Shown: positions 21,834 to 32,157, counted from the first letter of the stretch. The stretch is 64,000 nucleotides of DNA from Desulfatiglandales bacterium (GCA_963662465.1 OY759599.1:3296001-3360000); one strand, 5' to 3'. Made by a program: numbers and translations. Notes: generated by a model not told the origin, from the letters alone.

Positions 21834-22526
21834 TCAGCGGAATCTTGACGTTTTTTTTTCTGCTTGAATGCCATGTTCTGAAAAAATCCGGTTCACCTGA
21901 TCGACAGTGACGGCCAATCCCCGAACGGCGAGGCGGGTTGCTATTTCAGATTGAGATACAATAACTTGGCCCGCCTTCAGCGCTTCCACAAGAACAGCAA
22001 TGGTCGTTTCCATTGGGACCGGCCCGACAATTTGAACCCCTTCTTGTATATGTACGCGACGCGCCGCTATTTGCACTTTTCCTTTATCCGGATCTCCATT
22101 GGTATATAAGGAAAGCCCTTCGGATCGGTGCCGACTTATCTGCTGGGATTGAACCAGCCCATGAAGCGTGTTGTGCAACGTGTTGGGAATCCGAATCTTC
22201 AACAAATGCAACAGCTCTTTCGGTGTCATTCCGGCATTCGATAAATGCACAATTTCCACCACAGTCGCTTTTAGCGTGCCGGCCTTTGAAAAGCCGATTC
22301 CCCGATAAAACCACAAACCCCAAGAATCAAACGAAGGAATATCCTCAAGGGTGTAGTAACGACCGGCATCCGTAAAGCTTGTCAAGTATCCGATAAGTTT
22401 AAGCCTCCGGAATACACTCATCCGAGAACTTGTTTTCAGTACATGGAAGAGCTGATTGAGATCTGCGATGTATTTCTTCCTAAACCATTTATGTAAAGCC
22501 TTTTTGGAGTCTTCAGGAGATAACAT
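21834..22526 (-). CDS. IS accessory protein, probably DNA binding
   Basis: 230-aa ORF upstream of the transposase, inside the TIRs. Confidence 0.6.
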   Translation of the reverse strand: MLSPEDSKKALHKWFRKKYIADLNQLFHVLKTSSRMSVFRRLKLIGYLTSFTDAGRYYTLEDIPSFDSWGLWFYRGIGFSKAGTLKATVVEIVHLSNAGMTPKELLHLLKIRIPNTLHNTLHGLVQSQQISRHRSEGLSLYTNGDPDKGKVQIAARRVHIQEGVQIVGPVPMETTIAVLVEALKAGQVIVSQSEIATRLAVRGLAVTVDQVNRIFSEHGIQAEKKTSRFR

Positions 22527-24610
22527 GTGACCTCTGATACATTTATTTGTTTTCTGTGGCTATTTCCAAATAAATGTATCAAAATGCCAATTGCTTGTCA
22601 ATCCTCCAATTCAATAAAATCAAGTGGTTACTGAAATATAAGGTTTGTTTCCCAGCGTTTGTGTGGTACAATTATGAAAAAAATATCAAAGATAATACCG
22701 TTAATTCAATGGCTTATTGAATCCAACCGTATCCTGACGCTGTAGCAAATCGGATATTATCTTTTTTGTATCAACATCGGTTTTCAATGGGTAACTGGAA
22801 GACTTATTCTTCAGTACCTCCAATTCCGTATGCTCACCCCCTTCCCAGTGAATGATTAATTTGATCTTTTGCTCTTCCAAATAAACAACGATCTCTTTGA
22901 TAACCGTCCGGATTATACGCTTCTTTAAATCCAAAGAGCAACACGGATTATTCCATACACGAGGTAAATCTTGTGACAGATCTCTGATCTCGGTCTCTTC
23001 CTCAGGGGAAAGCGAAGGGGTGTTCGACCCCATAGCGGTAATCTCATTCTCCAACCTTGCTACCTTAACAAGAGCGTCATTCCAATCCTTCTCCAATGTA
23101 GATGCTACCAAACGATTATCAGGGTCCACTGCATTGTATTGACGTTTTGCCCGTAAAGCTTCATAACGCGCTTGTTCCAACTCCAGTTCCCGTTGCCGTT
23201 TCACTGAATCCGATTCATGGTTGATTTTCTTTATCGCCTCTAAAGAAGCTTCTAATCCTATCGGTGATAATACTTTCAAAAGAAAATCCGTAACAGCCCG
23301 GTCAACACGGAATCCACCAAATGATATACACGCCTTTCCTGTCTCGTTACCTCGTTTGCGGCTACACTCATAACGTTTATGAGTTCCATTACGGCCTTGG
23401 TATCGTACAATTAACTTTCTGCCGCAATGACCGCATCTTAACAAACCTCCAAGCAATGCCTTTCCTCCGCGAACAGCTCCTCTCACCACCGGCCTTTTCT
23501 TATTTGTATTTTGAGTTAGTATCTCCATGTTATACTGGTACTCTTCCCATGTGATGTAACCTTCATGGTGATCCAATATTAAAACGTCCCAATCCTTTTG
23601 TTCCTTACGAATACCCTTCCTCAGTCGCTTGCGCCCATTTTCAAAAGTTACCTCTGTTTTAGTCCGGCCATAGACGTAGGCGCCGGCGTAAATTGGGTTG
23701 TTCACTATATGCGACAAGGTATGAGCAGACGGTAGTTTCCACTCTATCCTACGTTCCCCTTTACCGCTGGAAACAACAGCAATCTCAATCTGTTCATCTA
23801 AAAACCAATGATACACCCGACGAAGAGTACCATATTCCTTGAATTTCGTGAATACCAAATCAATGACTTCTTGAATTCGTTTGTCAGGATTCTTTTTCAG
23901 CTTATTATCCCTAGTCTTTATATAGGCTGCCGGTACAGTAAGATATAATTCTCCCCGCTTCGCTTTTTGTTGTATTGCCGCCTGAGAACGCTCCTTTAAT
24001 AGGCTCAATTCCATTGCACTCATTTCTCCCTTTAAGCCCAGGAGCAAACGATCATTTGACACGTTTAGGTCATAAACAGCTCCTTGATCTACAAGAACCG
24101 TTTTTTTAAGTGCACAGATCTCAAGCAACGTATGCCACTCTCGACCGTTGCGGGCCAACCTCGATGATTCAATCGAGAAAATACCCCCTATTCTTCCTTC
24201 ACACACAGATGAAAGAAGATTCTGGAATCCTTTTCTGTCAACGCATCCCGATGCAGTTATTCCCAAATCACTATCTATCATCCATATGTTTTTCTCGTTC
24301 CATCCTAATTCTTTTGCCCTTTCTACCAAGCCATATTGTAAAAGTTGGCTTTCACGATGCTGTAGAACTTGGCCCGGTGTTGACTGACGGATATATATAC
24401 ATGCTTCCCGACTAATATGTTCAGCATTGATTTTATTGCTCATGCTCATTTCCACCTTTCTTTTCTCGAAATGTCAACCGAAAATTGACCTCTTGCGACA
24501 ACCGAATTTTGCCCCCACATGAGTAATTGTAACCTGCGACGCGGTCATAGAAGGCTCCGGTGGCTCCTGCCGAAATATCCATTAAAAGAGCGACCATAAC
24601 CGCACCTTAG

Positions 24611-24817
24611 TCAGCTTCCGACCAGATAATCATCTGGTAAGTCGAGAAAACCCTTTTTCGTCGCTAATTCGAGTTCAATCAAATACCCTATCTCGCCTTT
24701 CATTTTGATCTGTGAAACCATCCACTTCGGTAACCGAATCGTGACGGGGATACGCCTCAGATGTTCAGGACTCCTTTTTCGACCAGCGCCTTTTCGACTC
24801 CCACCTCTCATTTTCAT
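24611..24817 (-). CDS. Small basic protein in the recombinase element
   Basis: RGGSRKGAGRK motif; identical in both copies. Confidence 0.5.
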   Translation of the reverse strand: MKMRGGSRKGAGRKRSPEHLRRIPVTIRLPKWMVSQIKMKGEIGYLIELELATKKGFLDLPDDYLVGS

Positions 24818-25095
24818 CGCTCCTTTTCACCTTCAAATTCGTCCAATATTTTTGAATACCGCGTACGTTTTTCAATTAAACACCTATTTCTATCGGAAAA
24901 TAAGGTATTTATGATTTATAGTTACGATTTTTCTGAGTCGGATTAAGCTGCTTGCTTCAACAACTCCAGTCTCTTGACTGCTTCCAATATCAGACCGCGA
25001 TTTTACGTTAGTGAAACTACTTCTCTTTTCTATTTCTGTTACCCTCAGAATTTTGCCAGAAACCTGACAGAAGCTCTGCAAGGAAATCAATCAAT

Positions 25096-25497
25096 CTATT
25101 TCGTGTTTCTATTGGAATTTCGATCGGTGATGGTAAATAATCCCAAAGCCGAAGTTGATGATATTTTTGTTTCGTCATCTTTCCTCCTTGTTTTCGAATT
25201 GACTTCATCAGGAGGAAACGGTATTTTTCTATTCACTATTAAGCAATATAAATTCTTAAGCGCCCTGATTTCGATAGCGGGTTTTGAGCCGAGGGATATC
25301 TTTTCATACTTTGGATTGGTCATCCACGCAGGTATCAATTCATGGCGACCATCAGGTTTCTTTGTTACAAAACAAGTTTCTCCACGATGGTTTCTGGTAC
25401 CTACCACATAAATTTCTTCACCGGTTCTTGGGTGAAATGGGTAATATACCCGAGTTATAAACTGGTTTTGATGGGCATTATATAGTGGTTCTGAGGG
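25096..25497 (-). CDS. DUF5372/Y4bD-like protein; start codon lies at the other element end
   Basis: YPFHPRTGE...PDG..IPAWMT. Confidence 0.6.
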   Translation of the reverse strand, partial: PSEPLYNAHQNQFITRVYYPFHPRTGEEIYVVGTRNHRGETCFVTKKPDGRHELIPAWMTNPKYEKISLGSKPAIEIRALKNLYCLIVNRKIPFPPDEVNSKTRRKDDETKISSTSALGLFTITDRNSNRNTK

Positions 25498-25559
25498 GGC
25501 TCGGGGATGGCAACATCCCCCGGCTACCCGGCCCCCCCCTCAAAATCCAACGATTTACC

Positions 25560-25587
25560 TTGACAAACAGTCTTACTGTTGTACAAT
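25560..25587 (+). promoter_or_regulatory. Sigma70-like promoter of the TA cassette
   Basis: TTGACA-16-TACAAT with internal palindrome aacagt-ctt-actgtt. Confidence 0.55.
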
Positions 25588-25618
25588 TGTCCAAAAAGCA
25601 TTTAGATGAAGGTAAAAT

Positions 25619-26011
25619 ATGGACATTGTAATTGACACATCAGCACTGATTGCGGTGATCGTTGGTGAACCACAACGTACCAAAATAATAGAAATAACGT
25701 CAGGAAATACACTGATTGGTCCAGGATCTATTCCGTGGGAAATTGGTAACGCATTTTCGGCTATGTTCAAGCGAAAAAGGCTGTCACTTGAGGAAGCGAA
25801 AAAAGGGTTTTCAATCTTCGATAGCATCCCCATTCGATACATTGAGACTGATTTTATAAGTGTTCTAAACATATCAAAACGAGCAGCTATGTATGCATAC
25901 GATGCCTATTTTTTGGATTGTGCATCAAGGCAAAAAGCTCCTCTATTAACATTGGATCGAAGGTTAAAAGCCTCTGCCCAAGATTTTAAAATTGATACCA
26001 TGGAGGTTTAA
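25619..26011 (+). CDS. VapC/PIN toxin
   Basis: VIDTSALIA...YAYDAYF...LLTLDRRL. Confidence 0.85.
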   Translation: MDIVIDTSALIAVIVGEPQRTKIIEITSGNTLIGPGSIPWEIGNAFSAMFKRKRLSLEEAKKGFSIFDSIPIRYIETDFISVLNISKRAAMYAYDAYFLDCASRQKAPLLTLDRRLKASAQDFKIDTMEV

Positions 26012-26012
26012 A

Positions 26013-26231
26013 ATGCAAGTTTATACATATTCAGAAGCTCGTCAAAAGCTTGCTACGGTTCTTGAGCAGGCTGAAAATACAGGTAAAGTGATAATTCGAA
26101 GGAAAGATGGGAGAACGTTCTCCTTGGTTCCGGAAAAAGCTGCTACATCACCACTAAATGTTCCAACAATAAAAGCAAATATAACAACACAAGAAATAGT
26201 TGACATCATTCGCGAAGGAAGGGAAAGGTAG
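26013..26231 (+). CDS. Phd/YefM-family antitoxin
   Basis: MQVYTYSEARQKLATVL...VIIRRKDG; stop codon abuts the attC. Confidence 0.8.
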   Translation: MQVYTYSEARQKLATVLEQAENTGKVIIRRKDGRTFSLVPEKAATSPLNVPTIKANITTQEIVDIIREGRER

Positions 26232-26312
26232 AACCAAACGCTGCACCAGACGCCTGATACTTGGGCGGTTCCAGCGGGGGCCGGCAGAGGCGCTGGTGAG
26301 CTAGACGTTAGC
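26228..26312 (+). repeat. attC-like site (family 1), intron inserted in R'
   Basis: gtagAAC...GTTagc. Confidence 0.85.
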
Positions 26313-27115
26313 TTGCGACACGATGTCGCATAGTTTGAGTGTATTCATGTAGTTACATGTAGCACCCGGTATGTTCCTACCGGACCCTACGCAGGCATGC
26401 TGCCGTTGCGCTGATGACGGGGTGTGAAGCCCTGCGGACAACGTACCGAATCGGGTTCAAATGGCGACAGGAGAACCCCTCCGGGAATCCTCCCCGGTTA
26501 AGGGCTAGGGTCGGATGATATGGTGAAGGTATCTGAATGTCTTTAAGCGTCGATTACAAGCGAAGAGCCTACGAGGATTAATAGGTCTTATGCCGCTGCC
26601 CAGTGTCAGCGGATGTGGTCAGGTTGCAGGTCTGCTAACGGCCTGCACGGAACTGTTGTACCACCGGCGTAGAGGGCGCACCTAAGTCATCCACAGGATC
26701 AACTATGTGGAACGTGGAAACCCGGTCCCGTCGCCCCTTTTGGGGCAGGCTAACCGCAAGGCATGCTGTTGGCGGGCCGGAGTAGGAGGCTGAAAAAAGC
26801 GAATGCCGGGCTGTAATGGTCCGGATACCGGGTGAAACATTCCCGGCTCCGTAAGGAGGCAGACGTTCAGCGCGGTGCCCGATCACGTGAACACCGGAGG
26901 AATCAGATGAAAGCGGGGAAAGCAAATGACGGCCCTTGAGGCTGGTGCGCCCCGTGCGCCTTTGGCTATTCTGACAGCTGGCCTGTAACGTGAAGTGGAT
27001 GCAAATCTGCGGGAATCCCCACCAGGGAAACCTTTTCGGGGGCTTGAGCCACGTGAGGTGAAAGTCTCATGCGTGGTTCTGAGGGTAATAGCGGCATAAT
27101 ACACACCTCCGTACG

Positions 27116-29209
27116 TTATTGAAAATTAAAGACTTGTTGTTTTGAGTTTCTTGAAAGCGGGCTCTTTGGAAGCCCGGAATGAGCTGCCTTTTTTATCACT
27201 TCAGATTCAAGGTCCTTTTTTGAAATGATCCATGGAGCACCGGAACATACTCGCTTGGCGGGTAGAATCTCATGTTGTATAAGTCTCCAAACTTTGGTGC
27301 TGCCAATACCCAGCCTTTCGCTTGCTTCAGCTACCGTATATTCTTCTCGTCGCTGCCTCTCTCCTTCATGATATACAGGGATATTATGCCTATTTCGAAA
27401 TGAACGCAACCTTACCGGATTCCAGGTATATCCCTTTGTAGTCTTTGTACCCACACGGTTGAGAAAGGCCACGATGTGTTTATCAGGCATAATTCTAGCC
27501 AAATCGGATATTATCTTTTTTGTATCAACATCGGTTTTCAATGGGTAACTGGAAGACTTATTCTTCAATACCTCCAATTCCGTATGCTCACCCCCTTCCC
27601 AGTGAATGATTAATTTGATCTTTTGATCTTCCAAATAAACAACGATCTCTTTGATAACCGTCCGGATTATACGCTTCTTTAAATCCAAAGAGCAAAACGG
27701 ATCATTCCATACACGAGGTAAATCTTTTGATAGATCTCTGATCTCAGTCTCCTCCTCAGGGGAAAGCGAAGGGGTGTTCGATCCCATGGCGTCAACCTCA
27801 TTCTCCAATCTTGCTACCTTAACAAGAGCGTCATTCCAATCCTTCTCCAATGTAGATGCTACCAAACGATTATCAGGGTCTACTGCATTGTATTGACGTT
27901 TTGCCCGTAAAGCTTCATAACGCGCTTGTTCCAACTCCAGTTCCCGTTGCCGTTTCACTGAATCCGATTCATGGTTGATTTTCTTTATCGCCTCTAAAGA
28001 AGCTTCTAATCCTATCGGTGATAATACTTTCAAAAGAAAATCCGTAACAGCCCGGTCAACACGAAATCCACCAAATGATATACACGCCTTTCCTGTCTCG
28101 GTACCTCGTTTGCGGCTACACTCATAACGTTTATGAGTTCCATTACGGCCTTGGTATCGTACAATTAACTTTCTGCCGCAATGACCGCATCTTAACAAAC
28201 CTCCAAGCAATGCCTTTCCTCCGCGAACAGATCCTCTCACCACCGGCCTTTTCTTATTTGTATTTTGAGTTAGTATCTCCATGTTATACTGGTACTCTTC
28301 CCATGTGATGTAACCTTCATGGTGATCCAATATTAAAACGTCCCAATCCTTTTGTTCCTTACGAATACCCTTCCTCAGTCGCTTGCGCCCATTTTCAAAA
28401 GTTACCTCTGTTTTAGTCCGGCCATAGGCGTAGGCACCGGCGTAAATTGGGTTGTTCACTATATGCGAGAAGGTATGAGCAGACGGTAGTTTCCACTCTA
28501 TCCTACGTTCCCCTTTACCGCTGGAAACAACAGCAATCTCAATCTGTTTATCTAAAAACCAATGATACACCCGACGAAGGGTACCATATTCCTTGAATTT
28601 CGTGAATACCAAATCAATGACTTCTTGAATTCGTTTGTCAGGATTCTTTTTCAGCTTATTATCCCTGGTCTTTATATAGGCTGCCGGTACAGTAAGATAT
28701 AATTCTCCCCGCTTCGCTTTTTGTTGTATTGCCGCCTGAGAACGTTCCTTTAATAGGCTCAATTCCATTGCACTCATTTCTCCCTTTAAGCCCAGGAGCA
28801 AACGATCATTTGACACGTTTAGGTCATAAACAGCTCCTTGGTCTACAAGAACCGTTTTTTTAAGTGCACAGATCTCAAGCAACGTATGCCACTCTCGACC
28901 GTTGCGGGCCAACCTCGATGATTCAATCGAGAAAATACCCCCTATTCTTCCTTCACACACAGATGAAAGAAGATTCTGGAATCCTTTTCTGTCAACGCAT
29001 CCCGATGCAGTTATTCCCAAATCACTATCTATCATCCATATGTTTTTCTCGTTCCATCCTAATTCTTTTGCCCTTTCTACCAAGCCATATTGTAAAAGTT
29101 GGCTTTCACGATGCTGTAGAACTTGGCCCGGTGTTGACTGACGGATATATATACATGCTTCCCGACTAATATGTTCAGCATTGATTTTATTGCTCATGCT
29201 CATTTCCAC
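27116..29209 (-). CDS. Large serine recombinase, 697 aa
   Basis: YIRQST catalytic Ser, SRLARN, recombinase domain, CGHCG Zn ribbon, C-terminal HTH. Confidence 0.92.
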   Translation of the reverse strand: MEMSMSNKINAEHISREACIYIRQSTPGQVLQHRESQLLQYGLVERAKELGWNEKNIWMIDSDLGITASGCVDRKGFQNLLSSVCEGRIGGIFSIESSRLARNGREWHTLLEICALKKTVLVDQGAVYDLNVSNDRLLLGLKGEMSAMELSLLKERSQAAIQQKAKRGELYLTVPAAYIKTRDNKLKKNPDKRIQEVIDLVFTKFKEYGTLRRVYHWFLDKQIEIAVVSSGKGERRIEWKLPSAHTFSHIVNNPIYAGAYAYGRTKTEVTFENGRKRLRKGIRKEQKDWDVLILDHHEGYITWEEYQYNMEILTQNTNKKRPVVRGSVRGGKALLGGLLRCGHCGRKLIVRYQGRNGTHKRYECSRKRGTETGKACISFGGFRVDRAVTDFLLKVLSPIGLEASLEAIKKINHESDSVKRQRELELEQARYEALRAKRQYNAVDPDNRLVASTLEKDWNDALVKVARLENEVDAMGSNTPSLSPEEETEIRDLSKDLPRVWNDPFCSLDLKKRIIRTVIKEIVVYLEDQKIKLIIHWEGGEHTELEVLKNKSSSYPLKTDVDTKKIISDLARIMPDKHIVAFLNRVGTKTTKGYTWNPVRLRSFRNRHNIPVYHEGERQRREEYTVAEASERLGIGSTKVWRLIQHEILPAKRVCSGAPWIISKKDLESEVIKKAAHSGLPKSPLSRNSKQQVFNFQ

Positions 29210-29365
29210 CTTTCTTTTCTCGAAATGTCAACCGAAAATTGACCTCTTGCGACAACCGAATTTTGACCCCCATATGAGTAATTGTAAGCTGCGACGAAGT
29301 CATAGAAGGCTCCGGTGGCTCCTGCCGAAATATCCATTAAAAGAGCGACCATAACCGCACCTTAG

Positions 29366-29572
29366 TCAGCTTCCGACCAGATAATCATCTGGTAAGTCGA
29401 GAAAACCCTTTTTCGTCGCTAATTCGAGTTCAATCAAATACCCTATCTCGCCTTTCATTTTGATCTGTGAAACCATCCACTTCGGTAACCGAATCGTGAC
29501 GGGGATACGCCTCAGATGTTCAGGACTCCTTTTTCGACCAGCGCCTTTTCGACTCCCACCTCTCATTTTCAT
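29366..29572 (-). CDS. Small basic protein in the recombinase element
   Basis: Identical to 24611-24817. Confidence 0.5.
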   Translation of the reverse strand: MKMRGGSRKGAGRKRSPEHLRRIPVTIRLPKWMVSQIKMKGEIGYLIELELATKKGFLDLPDDYLVGS

Positions 29573-29850
29573 CGCTCCTTTTCACCTTCAAATTCGTCCA
29601 ATATTTTTGAATACCGTGTACGTTTTTCAGTTAAACACCTATTTCTATCGGAAAATAAGCTATTTATGATTTATCGTTACGATTTTTCTGAGTCGGATTA
29701 AGCTGCTTGCTTCAACAACTCCAGTCTCTTGACTGCTTCCAATATCAGACCGCGATTTTACGTTAGTGAAACTACTTCTCTTTTCTATTTCTGTTACCCT
29801 CAGAATTTTGCCAGAAACCTGACAGAAGCTCTGCAAGGAAATCAATCAAT

Positions 29851-30252
29851 CTATTTCGTGTTTCTATTGGAATTTCGATCGGTGATGGTAAATAATCCCA
29901 AAGCCGAAGTTGATGATATTTTTGTTTCGTCATCTTTCCTCCTTGTTTTCGAATTGACTTCATCAGGAGGAAACGGTATTTTTCTATTCACTATTAAGCA
30001 ATATAAATTCTTAAGCGCCCTGATTTCGATAGCGGGTTTTGAGCCGAGGGATATCTTTTCATACTTTGGATTGGTCATCCACGCAGGTATCAATTCATGG
30101 CGACCATCAGGTTTCTTTGTTACAAAACAAGTTTCTCCACGATGCTTTCTGGTACCTACCACATAAATTTCTTCACCGGTTCTTGGGTGAAATGGGTAAT
30201 ATACCCGAGTTATAAACTGGTTTTGATGGGCATTATATAGTGGTTCTGAGGG
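29851..30252 (-). CDS. DUF5372/Y4bD-like protein; start codon lies at the other element end
   Basis: PSEPLYNAHQ...YPFHPRTGE...IPAWMT; the frame runs through the 13-bp core. Confidence 0.6.
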   Translation of the reverse strand, partial: PSEPLYNAHQNQFITRVYYPFHPRTGEEIYVVGTRKHRGETCFVTKKPDGRHELIPAWMTNPKYEKISLGSKPAIEIRALKNLYCLIVNRKIPFPPDEVNSKTRRKDDETKISSTSALGLFTITDRNSNRNTK

Positions 30253-30325
30253 GGCTCGGGGATGGCAACATCCCCCGGCTACCCGGCGTATTCTTTTAAG
30301 TGTGTCGAGAGATGGAGGAAAAACA

Positions 30326-30697
30326 ATGGGATTGCTCGATTTTATAGGCGGAAAGAATTTTAGGCAATACAAGGTTGCTCTAAATTGTCTCATGGCAAAA
30401 GCAACTTTTGCACAAGCAGATGATGATATGCGGTCTGCTGCGGTTTTTCGTTCATGGCGTGTTCTTGAGAAAATGGGTTTCAGTGACCCGACAAAGAGTT
30501 TTGAAGAAATGTCGGAAAAAGAGAAATGTGCTACCCTTGCTTTTGCTTTCGCGGAAATGGACACTCCACCTCCTTTTGAAAAAGAATCTTGGCAGTATGT
30601 AGCTCGACCTTTCGTGAATATTCTTAATTCAGATATTGCATTTACAGCAGCACAGCGTCATTTAAAAAAAACATATGGTGTTGAGATAGGATTTTGA
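30326..30697 (+). CDS. Hypothetical cassette protein
   Basis: GGAGG RBS; stop codon abuts the attC. Confidence 0.7.
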   Translation: MGLLDFIGGKNFRQYKVALNCLMAKATFAQADDDMRSAAVFRSWRVLEKMGFSDPTKSFEEMSEKEKCATLAFAFAEMDTPPPFEKESWQYVARPFVNILNSDIAFTAAQRHLKKTYGVEIGF

Positions 30698-30823
30698 GCT
30701 AACCATGTGTTGCAGTGGATCGGGCGACAGCGCGCCTTCGTTAACCGCTGTCTTTTAACAATCTTTTTCGTTTTCTGGTCGGCTGCCTCGATTCGACGCC
30801 CGCCCACTAACACTACGTTATGG
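30697..30823 (+). repeat. attC site
   Basis: agctAAC catgtgttgcagtgg...ccactaacactac GTTatgg. Confidence 0.8.
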
Positions 30824-31437
30824 CCAATACAAAAATGAATACTATTGATATAATAAATTCATTACGACTATTTAACGAAAAGGCGGAAAAGCTTGAGCGG
30901 TTGAGTTTCGTTGAAACAATTCGCAAATATAACAGTGGCTTTTCTATCGAAATTAGCAAAAGAAAGGATGGCCTTTACGACCTTATACAAGAAAGGAGAG
31001 GGCCTCTTGAAGAAGCTATTGATGCCTTTGTTTTAACGATAAGATTTTTCATTCAAGATAACGAAGCAATTTCCTTTAAAAATATAGCGTCGTTATATGA
31101 ATGTACTCCTGTAAATAACAAAATCAAAACTGACTTCAATAATATCAGAAAACAACTCAATGATTATCTTGATTCGAATTCAGGAATGGCAATTACCATC
31201 AATGATGAAACTTTAAATCACAGAAATATACTAGATATAATCACTTATGGTAACCTCTCACACGCAAATCCTCAAAAAAAAGAAAAATTTAACTTTTGGG
31301 TTAGAAGTCCTTTAAAAGCTATGTTAGAAAATGATTTCGTGTCTTCATTAACTGTTTTATTTTCAGCAATAAAGTCAATATACAAATTGAACACAATTGT
31401 TATTGATATCCTAGAGGAATCAAAGGATGTTCCGTAG
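30820..31437 (+). CDS. Hypothetical cassette protein
   Basis: 205-aa AT-rich ORF after an attC. Confidence 0.7.
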   Translation: MANTKMNTIDIINSLRLFNEKAEKLERLSFVETIRKYNSGFSIEISKRKDGLYDLIQERRGPLEEAIDAFVLTIRFFIQDNEAISFKNIASLYECTPVNNKIKTDFNNIRKQLNDYLDSNSGMAITINDETLNHRNILDIITYGNLSHANPQKKEKFNFWVRSPLKAMLENDFVSSLTVLFSAIKSIYKLNTIVIDILEESKDVP

Positions 31438-31440
31438 CAT

Positions 31441-32103
31441 TTGGCATCGCTACGAATGATCTGGAGCGACCAGAGTAGTGGAGGATTCAAGATGCCCAGA
31501 GCAGGTGAAACCAACCGATGGCCGCCCAAAACTAACGAAATGCCAAACCTTTTAAGGCCAGACACGAAACTATCCCTCAACGTCGCGTTTAACGCAACTT
31601 TTCGTGCGGCTGGGCCGCTCAATCGTAAAGCCAGAGCACTTTGGATCAATTACGTTCGGTTAGTTGATCAATTGATTTGGGAATACGAGGCTGCCCGTGA
31701 TGCACTACAAGACTATGTGGACACACCTAACACAACGCTGAGCCCATTGTTTCGAGCCATTGCCCATATGGAAACTTTGGTCAACACGATGCGGAGAGCA
31801 ATTCTTTTCGCGCGCAGAATGCGACGTCATAAAGACAGCCCACAAATCGAAAAACTAAACGTCCTGAGCGGAAATGCTGGGGATCGAATTGTAGAAATTC
31901 GCAACGCAATTGAACATCTCGAAAATAAGATTCTGGAGGGCAAGATTACCCAAGGTGAACCAACTACATTATTGGTCCAAAGCGACCGAATTGAATTGCT
32001 TGCGCATGAGATATTCTACAGAGAATTGGCCGATTGGGCAATCGAATTGCATGACCTCGCAATTCAATTGTCAGACTACCAAGATCCAAATCGATCAACA
32101 TAA
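31441..32103 (+). CDS. Hypothetical cassette protein (R-X4-H motif, possibly HEPN-like)
   Basis: IRNAIEH motif; stop codon overlaps the attC; start uncertain. Confidence 0.6.
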   Translation: MASLRMIWSDQSSGGFKMPRAGETNRWPPKTNEMPNLLRPDTKLSLNVAFNATFRAAGPLNRKARALWINYVRLVDQLIWEYEAARDALQDYVDTPNTTLSPLFRAIAHMETLVNTMRRAILFARRMRRHKDSPQIEKLNVLSGNAGDRIVEIRNAIEHLENKILEGKITQGEPTTLLVQSDRIELLAHEIFYRELADWAIELHDLAIQLSDYQDPNRST

Positions 32104-32157
32104 CCTTACCACTTCAGCCAACGCCAATCAAAGGCGCGGCTGACTGGCCCGTTAGCC
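32098..32157 (+). repeat. attC site (short type)
   Basis: acatAAC...tcagcc...ggctga...GTTagcc. Confidence 0.75.

Larger units (their letters stand above)
19893..22745 (-). mobile_element. 2853-bp two-ORF insertion sequence, unclassified
   Basis: Imperfect ~25-bp TIR ctaaagcgtcattatacggttggat / atccaaccgtatcctgacgctgtag; 8-bp TSD caaatcgg. Confidence 0.85.
19501..24455 (-). pseudogene. Large serine recombinase interrupted by a two-ORF IS
   Basis: N-terminal (22746-24455) and C-terminal (19501-19892) parts match the intact 697-aa copy. Confidence 0.9.
19471..25497 (-). mobile_element. Large serine recombinase element, copy 1 (IS-disrupted)
   Basis: Flanked by the 13-bp direct repeat gtggttctgaggg (19458-19470, 25485-25497). 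Confidence 0.9.
18683..25532 (+). mobile_element. ORF-less group II intron B1 (~0.82 kb) split by the serine-recombinase element
   Basis: 18683-19470 plus 25498-25532 match uninterrupted B3 (37982-38806). Confidence 0.9.
27086..30252 (-). mobile_element. Large serine recombinase element, copy 2 (intact, 3167 bp)
   Basis: 13-bp direct repeat gtggttctgaggg at 27073-27085 and 30240-30252. Confidence 0.9.
26313..30287 (+). mobile_element. ORF-less group II intron B2 split by the serine-recombinase element
   Basis: 26313-27085 plus 30253-30287. Confidence 0.9.

Noticed and set aside
29851..30564. 237-aa ORF as one real gene
   Set aside because: Its 5' part is antisense to a cassette gene and intron D6; only the part inside the element is credible.
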